Of a DNA stretch of 64,000 nucleotides, positions 26,975-39,940 are shown one piece after another. Position numbers and translations under genes: made by a program. A model generated the notes under the pieces. That model was not told where the DNA came from, made no database searches, and worked only from the letters and a program-made list of their open reading frames with translations. The first letter of the stretch is position 1, and the number at the start of each line of letters is the position of its first letter. Origin of the DNA: Trichoplax adhaerens (lineage: Eukaryota; Animalia; Placozoa); contig NW_002060944.1 of the NCBI RefSeq assembly GCF_000150275.1, positions 2,642,152 to 2,706,151 of the forward strand. Direction: 5' to 3'.

Positions 26975-29471
26975 ATGAAGGCCCTCATCATTGCTCTCGC
27001 CTTATTTGGCTGCGCTTTCGCAAATGTCCTTCGGTCGGGTAAGAAAGCTATAAACCTAATTACTGCTTTGATAGCGCATTATTTAGTGCGATACTGTCAA
27101 ATTCTACCATAACTTTATAACATCGTTCGTTAGTGACCTTTTCTGCACCTTAAACTATGCTGATAGCGAATTAATTGTACACTCAGAAGTCATCTTTCGT
27201 AAGGGATGACTGATCAATTGATTAGAAGTGATATCTTAATTTTCTAGCAAAATGGGCTTTGCCATATATAAAATTGAATATTCCTACAGCACCTAGGAGA
27301 TAAGACGAGATGAAAAATATAATAGAATTCTTAAAATTGTATTAGTTATGCCTGTACAAATTTTATGATTTATTACCTCTATAGGATGTAAATAAGATCA
27401 GGACTAGATAAATTTTGTATAATACAATTGAGTTTGTTTCAACTAATTGTAAATATCATCATAACTAAGAAAAATTATAAAATTATAAAACTGATATGTT
27501 TAACTTAATCAAATATGGTAATTAGTTTTTTGTAATCACAAAATAAATATGAGGATACTGCATTACAAGGAATAATTCAGAGTTTTATATACTTCTTTAC
27601 AGTTTCTTGTAACAAAATACGTTTGCATTAGTAAACGGAAGCTTCTAATTTTAATTTATTTTGCTAAGGCTATGATAAAAGAAGGATAAAAGTGTATTTG
27701 AAATTACGTAAAAGGGCAGCAATATTTTTGTCATGTTAACAAGATTTTGATATTCGCGGACTCTCCTTTACAGATTAACACTTTAGCCATCATTATTGCA
27801 ATATGCGGCATAATTTCTTGAACATTAGGCACCCCAACTTAGTCATAAAATTTTTCGTCACCTTCCGATTGCGCTACTTTATATTTTATGAACACTTAAA
27901 ATGTCTCTCAATATATTAACATTTTTATGGCCAAACCACACATAACCGTGACACTCAACAGCACCGTAAATTATTTACTGTACTGCAAGGTGTGGAATAT
28001 TATCAGAAATCTAACGTAATTATTAAAATTCTTAACAAATTCTGATTTGTTGCAACTTTAATGCTGAATTCATATAGATTACCTTTATATTCTACGTGAT
28101 AGTACATCGCGTCCTTATAAAAGTATTACTTATCGTGTGTCTGCTCAAAAATTATTTATGAGCCAAAATTAAAGCAGATCTTTTCATCGCCCATTACGCG
28201 ATTTAAAAATCTGAAATATGGTTTAAAAGAAAGTATTTGGAGCGTATATGTTTGTTGCGATTTATACCAATTTTTGTAAGCAGAGTCTTAAACACCTACG
28301 ATATACGTACACCGTTACTGTATGATTATTTTTGCTAATTTCTTGATTGACAATGAAATGAATTAATAATTGATATAGAACCTGTTGAAATCAGGCCAAA
28401 TATAATGACCTACAGAAATGCTCATTATCAGGACAGAATTATCGGTGGTACTAACGACGTTCCACATGCTCATCCATATCAAATTTCGTTGCAAACTACC
28501 TCAAGTACTGGAGTATGGTATCACACGTGCGGTGGTTCTATCATCGGCGATGACACGGTCCTAACTGCTGCTCACTGTGTTGATTCCAAACCAGCTAGCG
28601 AGTACAGGGTTGTCAGTGCCGAATATGATTTTAACAAATCGAAGGTGTTGAAACTACTATCTATGTTAAAGAACTGTAAGTAATAAGAGAATTTTTGATT
28701 GTTTATTGACGATCTTAAATACTATAATGATGTAAACAATGGTAGCAGATCAAAATATATTGCTGTAAAGGCGAGAATGAAAAAACTTATTGATAAATTA
28801 ATTAAAATTATCAATTTATTGTAACTGTAGTATATTATATAATATAAAATGTCTCTCCATAACATTTTATCCTTTAACTTTTATTAAACAGTATCATCCA
28901 TCCTGATTGAAATGCAGCCGCTATCAACAATGATGTCGCATTAATTAAAATACAAGGGGTTTTCAAATACGATTCCAATGTTGCCAAGGTTACACTTGCT
29001 TCCAGCACTCCTCCTGATAAGACAGTCAGTATTGTAACAGGTTGGGGTTATACCAATTACGAATCAAAAACTAGACCTAATATTTTGCAAGCAATTACCA
29101 CTGAAAGATGCAGCGATTTCAAGGCTTGGTGGGGTACACTCTTCAACTATAAGAGTAAGAGTCAAGTTGCAACCTACACCACATGAGGCGAAGGTATCTG
29201 CATGGGAGACAGTGGTGGCCCACTTGTGTACGAAAGTAAGAGCACCTTCATTCAATATGGTGTTTGCAGCTATGTCATGACACGTGAGTTAATCAGACAT
29301 CCTGATCTTAAAATAGTACCACTCCATATTTTTTCTATTTAAGATGCTAATAATTTGCTTTCTTGACTATTTTTAACTTGTTCCTTCTAATTCTCAGCTT
29401 GCGCTAGTGGTAACCCTGATGTCTATGCTCGTGTCTCAGCCTTCTACGACTGGATCAATAACAATAAATAA
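26975..29471 (+). pseudogene. S1A serine protease paralog, disrupted (1-nt frameshift and two in-frame TGA codons)
   Basis: Exons 26975-27038 (signal peptide), 28379-28675 (R-IIGG, LTAAHC), 28892-29283 (NNDVA, GICMGDSGGP), 29398-29471. There is a 1-nt deletion at ~28640 relative to paralog 1, TGA at 28908-28910 (Trp TGG in the paralog) and TGA at 29184-29186. Splice sites and catalytic triad are intact. Confidence 0.88.
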
Positions 29472-32400
29472 AGAAATCGAGAATTACTAGATTTAGCTTC
29501 TGATCTATACTGAATATAGTATGGTATATTGTCATAGGAGAGATAGCTATCGAACAACTCCATGTACTTTTGACTAAAATTAATGTTACATTAGCTGTTA
29601 TATCGTTTTTAACTGCTAGAAATAAACTAATTTAGCATTAAACTAACCTGTATTCTTTATGAATTTTGAGTGAAAGTTAGGGCTTGCCTTAAAAAACTTC
29701 TTTTGCTACTGTTATCTGATCCTATGCAGGTTTAGGATCTATCTGCTATCGATTTTATAATCACTGTTATCAAAGTTGGTATCATGCTTTTTTGCACATT
29801 ATTTAAGTTAGAGATATACTTTTAGGCCATATACTATCAATTAAGAATTTGTGTAGTAACGTAATCATTAGTTTATATCGGTAAAGATATGTTAGCGTCA
29901 ACGAGCAATTTTGGAGAAAAAGCGTAATGCGTGCTTCTAAATATGAAGTGTACGTTGAGCATTTGCTAGAGTAAAAAATAGGATTCTCCAAAATAAGTAT
30001 TTAGACGAATATAATTAGGAGGGAAGATAGCGATCCCACTGATTGAGCTATAGAAAAAACAGTTACTTTTATTACAAAATCACAACATTGAAAGTGAAAT
30101 TTAATTAACATTTATTTCGTCACACGTAAACAGTAAATTTAATTATCATTGATTGCATTCATTTAGTAACTATTACACCGACAAAGACATCGTTGAAAAT
30201 ATTAATTGAAATTGTTTCAACAATTATAGTAACATTTGGAAACTTGAAATCTTACTTTACTGGACAAATGAACGGTTAATTACACATTGATAATATTTTG
30301 TATTCATTGTGATGAAGTAAGAAAAATTTAGTATGCCTAAATTATAGTCCGGTTATAATATATGTGGTACATTGCACCATAAAGAGCTTTATTCGTGCAG
30401 AAATAAACGTGCTAACGGTGATATTGCTTACTGGCAGAGTCCTGCTTATCGATCTTTGTCTTTTGAACATCACATAATAAATATCTACCTACTACAGCTA
30501 GCTATACTACCATCTGTGTTCTTTACATTAGAGCATAAATCTGTAAGAGATAGCTTTGGATTTGTTGGGTAATTGCTGAAGTAATATGAAGCTATACATG
30601 ATAATATTTGATGAATGTAGACTATAAATCACCTCAATGTGATACACTTATCCATGATAAAGTTTTTAGAATAGTTAATTCTTTAACGAATGAAAGACAT
30701 TACCTTTCAGCTCCCCATCGTATGCAGTACAATGTTTAGTAGTATAATAACACATTTTGTTAGATTAATTTACTAAGTTCTCTTTGATCGAAACTTACCA
30801 CCCTAAATTTGAATTAACTACAAGGTAATTTCGGTGCATAATTTTTCTATTTAATAAATTGAATAAATATGCAACAGCATTACGATGCTTGCATCTTATT
30901 GGTATACAGTAAGACACTAAGCTGTGATCATAAAGCTTCATAAATTAAATCGATTTTCATAGTTATCTGCCACGTTTCTAAGGTTTGTTGTTGTAGAAGG
31001 GCAGTTATGGAAAGATTAAGTAGCATTAACTTATCTATTTGTTGATATGATTGATGATAATCCCATTCAAGTAAAGATTCTTAACTAAAAGCTGAATCTA
31101 TCAGAAAAACTACATAAACCCTAGAGAAATTTATGAGCTTCCAGAAATAATTTTATTGATTATTAGAGATACTATGGAATACAAAAGGAGCATTAAATTT
31201 AACAATGCCTAAGATATATAAATATTCAGAACCTTATTTATTGACAGTCTATGCTTTACAAAAAAAAATTAAAAAATAAATTGGATAGTATAAAAAGGAA
31301 GATGAATTAAATTCAATGAATTATTTTATTAGTGAAAAACCTTTCACTTAATTTAGAGAAATAAAGGAATGATAATAAAGTAGCCATTTTATACTTTGAG
31401 GTAACTGATGGCATATGGTCGAATACTGTAAAGAATATGAGGGAGATTCATTATAAAAAGTATTTTACAGGTACAGCAGAATTATTTTTAGTGTACTTAT
31501 TCAACATAGACAAATATTAAAAAAAGAATTATGTAAAAGTAATCATGAACTTTATTCGACGTTAGTTTGATGACGCCAATCCATACGTCATCGCTCATTT
31601 ATTGGATATATAAGTTTACTGGAATACAGCGCCATATAGTATCAACTATCTTGCAGACTTGACGCGGTAACTAAATAGAATGTATCCAAAGGGCATATGT
31701 TATTTTGATTACAAATAAAATTCTATTTGATAGATTGACCTCACGTAAGTGAAATATTTCAAGTTGTGGACAATTTTGTACAGGAATAAAAAAATATTTA
31801 AATTATTTTCTCGTCGCTGTATGGTATACAACTACACATTATAGCATTAAAAAGTGTAAGATAGTTGAAGTAAATAATATTAGTAACCAAACTTTCTCTT
31901 AAAAGCATTTAAAATCTTTATACAGTATGATGTAAATCAGAACCAGTACTTTTACGTAATCAAAAACTTGAAAACGTAGTATATGAAATGCTTAATTGCA
32001 TTATTAGGAATATAGGTAAAGACGCATAGGGGATATATAGATATATGATTGAATGCTGATACCTAATATGGTACGAGAAAACGAAGAAAAGATTGGGCTA
32101 ATTGAAGGAGTACAGTATCTAATATCAACGAGTATAGTAAAATATCACAATTTTACGTATTACATGGAGATCTTGAAAATATGAATTACTTTATACAGCA
32201 AATGATAATATTAAAGTAGAATATACGTATACCAGGTATTCTATTAGCTCAATTTGTTAACTAACTAGAATAATATGGTTATGAGGTTTCTGTTACCTAA
32301 ATCACAATTATTTAGAATTCTATTTGCAACGTTCTCAACGTACCAATTTTTTGTCATTCAACGCTTTTTACTAAAGTCAAAATAATCGTTGCGATGTCTG

Positions 32401-33411
32401 ATACAGAAAATTTACTAAGAGTTGTGTTCAACTATTAAGCACAGAGTATAGCAATTTTTTCGCAAAACTTTTAGTATTTCTACTTTGAAAAGTGATCTGT
32501 ATTATTGATAACTAAAAATCTCGACTAAATTAAGTTATGCTGTAGCTATGCTAGACCTTTATCCTATTAACAATATTCTTTGATCACTAACAAAATGGAA
32601 GGTGTTAATTAGAAAATTTTTATCACAGCGAAGACGGTACAATATGATATGACGTAGTATACTGATAGGTTATCAAGTGGTCCGTATTAAATACTGATTT
32701 AAATCCACGGAGTCACTTTAAAGTGGTAACATACCAAAAAGTGACCCAAAAGCTGCTTTTTTATTTATATGCAAATTATAAGTGAGATATTCTTTATAGT
32801 AATTCAATTGGCTATTTTTATATTTATTTACTTTAACTACACTAAAGGGCCTTTCGTAAATATAAATATTGAAGTTAGGGTCCGTATGATCGATAAATTG
32901 AACAAAAAAGATTCTATAAATTTAACCTAGCATATATATGCACAAAACAACTGTTAAACTGGTAATAATTTAGAATTGCGCCTGCTTTTTCCGACTTATT
33001 ACTTGACTTATCAAAATTCTTTGCCCTATTTATCAATCTTGATTTATTATTATATTTGTGAAACTCCACCTATAATTTGCGTAAGTTAAACTACGCCTCT
33101 ACTGGTATGATCTCTATCACCGCAGTTGTTCCATCTGTTTAACATTAGTATTTTAAATGCGATCACATGGATAATGCTAATGCATATTATAACTTGATCT
33201 TCGAGATTTTTTGATCCAATTACGCTTTTGAAAACGACATGTTGAAAAATTCGTAGTAGTATCAGTAATTGAAGTGAGAAATTTTTTATTTTGCGTCCAA
33301 AGATCCTGATAAAATATTGCAATCGCCCTTTAAAGGAGTTTAATCTTAAAATCAATTAATCATTGTAGAAGTGTGAACAAGGAAAGGCGAAAATTATTAC
33401 TAATATCAAAT

Positions 33412-36400
33412 ATGCTATCCGGAGACGTTAAAGTTTCTTTAATAATTACTGTACTCCTCCATTTCCTACTGCAAACTGACGCACAAGGTTTGTATGGCAA
33501 TAAAAATTATAATTTATATAATTTGTTGATCAATTAAACTTTTGTAGAAATTGCTATGCTATAATAGGGACGTAATTGCTTTAAAGTTATTTCTACTTTA
33601 CATACTAATGATGACATAATTGCTGAAAGAATTCTCTTAAATACAAGAAAGATAATTCTAAATTTGCACGAGGCCTCAATATACTACGCCTAGAATGCCA
33701 GTTGCTCTTGTCTTTTACCCTAGCTTTAATGGTTAGATTAATTAATTATTAGACTAGATACTAGGACAATCATGACAAAACATAAAATGTATGTCGTTTA
33801 AAGTTTGGTAGGTCAATTTAAAAGCTATGAGAGAGCCAAAGTTATTCGTGTACTATAATACATACGGTAGCAAAGTTCTGTAGTCTATCGGAAACGAATT
33901 ACTTTCCATTTAATGATCAATAAAATGTTTTAAAACTAGAAAGCTATCATGAATTCATAGGGATTTGGGGTAGGAGAAGAATTTTCGAACATGTAGTGGT
34001 TATTACCAGTAAATCAGCGAACTATATTCCACTAATAGTTACTTGTATATATGGATTAGTTCCTTTTCCTAAGCAATTATAATTCTCAATTATTAATTAC
34101 AGGTTAGGGCTGTAAAATCATACCAATAGCTATAATGTGACATTTTATAGATTGATTTATCAATATAAAAAACAGTAGTTATATTTTTTTTCAGAAAAAG
34201 ATTAATATCAAAGTTTAATCTTCTGTTTTCTTTCTAATTTATTATTTACCTCTTAAGTGGTGTGTATAATATCTTCTTCGAGATAGATAATTTTTAGATT
34301 ACGAAGTATCTCAGCATCAGCTTAAGAGTTTCATGCATACTTAGTGAAGACCAGTGTATGCTTTTAAGTGATGTAATAATATAAATGTTTCGTCATGCTT
34401 TTCATGTTATTCGTATCAGCTATTTGTTAATATTGCTAGTTTTTTAAGTTGCTATTTATGTCCTTGCAGTTGAAGCCTTCTCTTATGTATTGATCCTTGA
34501 TCCAACACTCTAATTTTTTATAAATAATATACGACTAACATTTATTATTAAAATTTTTGCTTATAGTCTGCATGGGACAATTAGGCATCAGCTCTGGGGG
34601 AGTTAGCAATGAACAATTGGTTGCTTCATCATTTCGCAATTCCCTAACAAGCCCTGTGTACGGACGATTAAATGACGTAAAGGGCTATGGCGGATGGTGT
34701 GCGGCGACATCATACGATCAATTTATCCAAGTAGACTTACTTGCGCCAACATATATCAGTGGAATTTCAACACAAGGGCGTAATTTCTACATTGGACGTG
34801 AAGAATACGTATTGGATTATACGGTGGCCTATGCAAACATATCTGAGAGCTGGGTAGTGTACCAAAACGGACAGGTAATGATTTCCTTATATACATTACT
34901 TCTTTCATAAATTAATTACATCAAAATTCTTAAATTTTATAAAATGATCATGCACTATTCATAATTGATTAATTTTTTCAAAAATATCAGTGAAATATTT
35001 CTCTTCTACCTTTTAGCTTGAATCTTTTAACTTTGAGCATTTATTTATTTACCAACTTAAATAAGTAACCATTAGTGGCATTTTCAAAGTAGAAATGATA
35101 CACAATGTAGTTAAGTAAATTATCCTCTAGTTATCAAGTTCTAGCTTGTAAAAGTGCCGTATACCCGTACTTTATATCTCTCAATACAATATTATCTTGT
35201 AATGCAAATGCGATAAGAAATACTTAAAGGATAATAATGACGATCCTAATGAAAAATTCCGTATTAAATTTCATAATAGTTACCGTACTTGATAAATAAT
35301 TATTTAAGTACATGTTTTGATGATGTGAGTACTTTGTTATATTAAAATTTAATTGAATACTGATGAGTATTAATAAGAATATCTAAATGAATGGTCGTCG
35401 ACCCTCTATCACATTAATACTATTGCATATAAAAGACTGACTTGTCACTTGTAGAAATAAAATACTATTAAATAAAGGGTATGCGTATGAACACTAGCTG
35501 ATTGCACTCTAATTTGTAATCTGATTACTGAATATGAATATTCTTTACTATATTCATCATTTAGCGAATAACTGCTAACATAAATGCTGACACTATTATT
35601 AGCAATATGTTTAACTCACCTATACTCGCAAGATATGTCAGGATTTTCCCACAACGTTTCTTCGGTGGTTCACCATGTCTGAGATTTGAATTACTAGGAT
35701 GCTACACAAACGGTACCGAAATTATTATAAATAGATATTAATAATCTTATTATGGAAATACTTTGCAGTTCATGTAGATCTTCCAATTCTGAACCTTTTC
35801 AGTATTTTTACCGTTGAGTGAAAACACCAAATAGAATAGCATAGCATTGCAAGAGTTTAAATTAGATTGAATTACTATTCAATCAATAAATAATACAATA
35901 CATGTAACAGACGCAGTATCGCATTTATTCTTCTATAATAAAGCCCAAAATTATATATATATAACTGAAATTACAAATTCATTAAAATTTCGGAAGCTTT
36001 TTCACTTTGTTACATTACAGTTGTGGTTCTATAATTAAGTATAAGAAATATTTTGATTACTGTCATAATCGAATGGTTTTAAATTTCTATTATAATAAAT
36101 ATTAACGATTAAAGAACCTTGTGAAGGAGATCTTGGAATGCAAGATGGTTCAATTCAAGATTCGCAGTTATCTTCTAGTGGTACCTCAGTACAAGGTGCA
36201 GGAGTAACTTATGCTCGTTTGAATGGACCAAGTGCTTGGTGCTTAGTTGCAAGTACCGTCAGTCCTGGCACTCATTACCTGCAGATTGATCTGTTGCGGC
36301 CAACACGTATTGTTGGTGTTGCTACACAAGGACAATCGAATTCATTTGTTCGAGACTACGCCGTAGGATATTGTACTTCCGCACAAGAAAGTAGTTGCCA

Positions 36401-39400
36401 ATTTCATCTCGATAACAATCAAAATCAGGTTAGTGAATATTATAATTATCAATTATTTTAGAAATTAATTATTATGATAGAACTGTAACTAAAATGAAGT
36501 ACATTTACCTTACCGTTCTAGTTTATGTAAAGCAACCATGTATTACTAATCTAAGTTTATCTGCTACAAAGATAAACTTATGCTACTGACTAGTATATGA
36601 ATGGGCATACCTATATAACAATAGGTTATATACCTGATTTTTGCCAATCCTGACGATGATACTACTTAGGTTTAATCATTATGCCCCGAACATAAATAAT
36701 AGTAAAATAAATGTAACTATCTTTCTTACATAGATTATTACAGGAAATACCAATGGAGACACAGTGAAGTTTCATACTTTAAATCCAACCTTCGTAGCAA
36801 GATTAGTTCGAATATACCCGGTTGACTTTAATCAGGCGCCTTGCATGAGAGTAGAGTTATTTGGCTGCGAAATTGGCGGTAAGAAAATTAACTAGAAATA
36901 GCTTCTTCTTGTACATACCTGAATAGATTTCACTAAAGACTTAGAGAAATTTCAGCCTAGACGAAGATAAAAGTAAATTAGAGACCTAATTTATCATTTT
37001 CAGGTTTTAGCTTACCATTTTTATCGATTTCACTTTTACTCATATTTGGTTAATAAACGGTACTCATAAGAAGTTATTACTGAGCCGCTGTACATTTTGA
37101 CACTTCATAATTACTTTTTTTTGCAAATAAATCGAGAATAGGAGGGATAACTAGCTACAATACGACATTGGGTAGTCCATCGCAGACTCCAAGTTATCTT
37201 GATAGTACATATAGTGGTACCGTAACTTCATTAAGTGGCAGTAGAACTGCTTACACCGGTGGTCGTGGAAAATTAACAGATGGTATTTTGGGTTCCGATG
37301 ATACGAGAGCTAATAACGGTAATAATTGGATCGGTTGGCATAAAACGACGTATCCACAACCCGAATTATTGATTCAGCTTAACGCTGAATTGGTTTTGTA
37401 TACTTTGAAATTTTACATAAGTCACTATCCCGCTCAAGATACCTCGGTATTTGAAATGGCCTATGTTTCATTCAGTAAAGACGGTTATCGATTTGGCCCA
37501 GAGATTAAGTATACTCCAGTGATTGGATTTAATACCACAACGAAAAGAGCCGGTTACATTACTTTAGGAGTGGTTGGTAAAGCCTGCATAGCCTTAAAAT
37601 GCCGATTTCAACACGGATCGCAGAATCTCTTGCTCATTAGCGAACTTGAATTGCAAACAATAAATAGTAAGATAAAGCACATGTAGTTAAATAAAAATTA
37701 GCATTAATAATACCAAATATCTTGAATCAGCTATCGCCTACTATCCGAATTTAACGAATTTTACATTAATACCTTACATTATGTTATGGTCCTAGTAAAA
37801 ATTTGTCATTCTCAATAATATGCATGTGCGATAATTACGATGAGAGTCCAATTATTACAGTAATCTAAGCTTGATAAATAAATATGTATGCATTTATTTA
37901 CACGATAAATTAGGCGATCAAACACCTACCATTTCCACTGCTGGCAATAATATAACCACAGTTTCTACTACAACTTCCCCTATCACGACTTCATCTACTA
38001 TTGCTCCATCAACAAGCGTTGCAATATCTACCACTCAAGAAGGAACTACCGCAAAAGTTTTTACCCCGGTGACAACAACACCAACAACAACAAAATCCGA
38101 TGCTACGACATCGACAGTAGCTTCTACGACAATAACATCAACGACCAGTCAGCCAGACCCTACAACTGCTGCGGCTACAACACGACCAATAACCCAGCGT
38201 TAGTATAATTTAATTTGGTTTTACATTATAATATCTATAAAAATTATATATCTTTATATTTTATATTACTACAATACTATTAATACTTCAGATTTAGACT
38301 ATAAAATAAGTTTCGCCTATAATTTTAAAATGAGCATAATTTTAAGCTCATCATTCTGACTACAGAAACGGAATCAACGAGTGCAGCTCCAGCAACTACT
38401 TCGACAACTCAAACAGCAACCACTTCGACAACTCAAACAGCAACTATTGAGACTAAAGAAACTAAATCAACAACAATTGGTACATTTGGAAGTGCTGATA
38501 CAGGATTCAGGACAGCGACAAGAGTTGAAGATATCGTGCTTTACGTTTTGGCTAGCTTGTTCTTTCTTGTGAGTTTGATCCTTTTAATTTGCGCTTGTAA
38601 AATTAGAAGACGTCACAATAGGATATACTATGTTCCGAATACTTCAGCGTTTGAGCTAACTCGGCAGCAAACTACCAAATCTATTCGAAGTGAAAAATCT
38701 GATGGCGAATCAACTGTTGCTAAACGAGGTATTGTAGAAATATGAGCTGAAATAATGTGAGATCACCATTAAAATTAATTTATCCTATGAGTTAAATATC
38801 GTTTTGCACGATACATGTGTCATTTGAAAATATTTCAATTCCATGTTAGCCGCGTGTGCATCTGGCCTCTGATTTGCTTTTCTTTTCTTTCGTGCATTGT
38901 TTGCTAACACAGGTTCCAGTCAGAAGTTCAATAAACATACAGATTTATTGATAGTTCATCAAAGCTCTGCGCGCAACGAAATTTATTTTGAGAATGTTCA
39001 AGGTGTTTGTGGTAATAACTTGTACCAGGTAAATGCTATGCGTCAATATCTTTTCTATCATCGCGCAGAAGAGCAAGAATTTCAGGATAGCCAGTTTAGT
39101 GATAAACAGCTAATTGGAAATGGAACGTTCGGTCAAATTTACACAGCAGTGTTGAAACAAGGAGACGGAGAGGCTATTAGAAAACAAATTGTTTGTATTA
39201 AAATATCTAAACCTGATGTGGAGGATTGTGTTGAGGATCAGGTCAATATAGAAAAAGATATTTTGTCTCGCCTTCGTCACGATAATATTGCTCAATTCTA
39301 TGGCACCATTACTGATGAATCACATCTTACAACAGTTGTTGAATACTGCGAATATGGTGACCTACATCAGTTTTTAGTAGCCCATTCCCCAGTTACCAAA

Positions 39401-39940
39401 TCTGGACGTCAATCCATCTGTGAGGCTTTGCATGCTGGAACATTAACAGAAATAGCCTCCCAAATAGCTCTTGGGATGGAATATCTGGCTAACATGGATA
39501 TTATTCATCGCGATCTGTCTATAAGAAACTGTTTAGTTGTGGATAGATATCATGTAAAAATCAGTAATTTAGCTATGTCGAGAGCAGTACATTCAGCCTC
39601 TTATTGCAACTTTGAAAGTAGAGCTAATTTACCGATTCGATGGATGGCCCCTGAAACCATCGCACTCGGTGGCTACACTAAACATAGTGATATTTGGTCA
39701 TATGGGGTTACGTTATGGGAATTATTCACTTACGCAGACTTTCCGTTCGAGAATATGAGTGATCAACAAGTTATAGCAAATGCGTATCGCATATTAAAAG
39801 AAAGTAAATCCAAAAAGATATTATCGAAGCCCGAATATGCGAATGACACAATATACGACATCATGAAGAAATGTTGGATTAAGACTCCGGAGAAGAGGAC
39901 AAGTTTTGGCGAGATCATAGTTCGGTTACGTAAAAGCTAA
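33412..39940 (+). CDS. DDR: Discoidin domain receptor (DDR)-like receptor tyrosine kinase A: signal peptide, 2x discoidin (F5/8 type C), DS-like domain, Thr-rich stalk, TM, probable pseudokinase
   Basis: Exons 33412-33487, 34567-34874, 35565-35712, 36115-36428, 36734-36878, 37142-37666, 37914-38198, 38366-38728, 38913-39940, all phase-compatible. Discoidin motifs (GWC, IQVDL, TQGR, PCLRFELLGC) occur twice. The DS-like motif G.LTDG.LG...WIGW is present. Juxtamembrane VQGVCGNNLY resembles the DDR motif LQGV.G.NTY. Kinase has EYCEYGDLHQFL, HRDLSIRN, LPIRWMAPE. Confidence 0.9.
38390..38450 (+). repeat. 24-bp coding tandem repeat (ATTSTTQT) in the mucin-like stalk of DDR-like A
   Basis: CAGCAACYACTTCGACAACTCAAA occurs twice, followed by a partial third copy. 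Confidence 0.8.

Noticed and set aside
28908-29186. TGA codons as selenocysteine or a variant genetic code
   Set aside because: One TGA aligns to Trp in the paralog, an upstream frameshift also breaks the gene, no SECIS is evident, and the other genes use TGG for Trp with no in-frame TGA.
29500-33400. Short 60-90 aa ORFs in this and other intergenic or intronic regions
   Set aside because: Low-complexity I/L/F/Y/N/K-rich translations typical of random AT-rich DNA, or antisense shadows of real exons.
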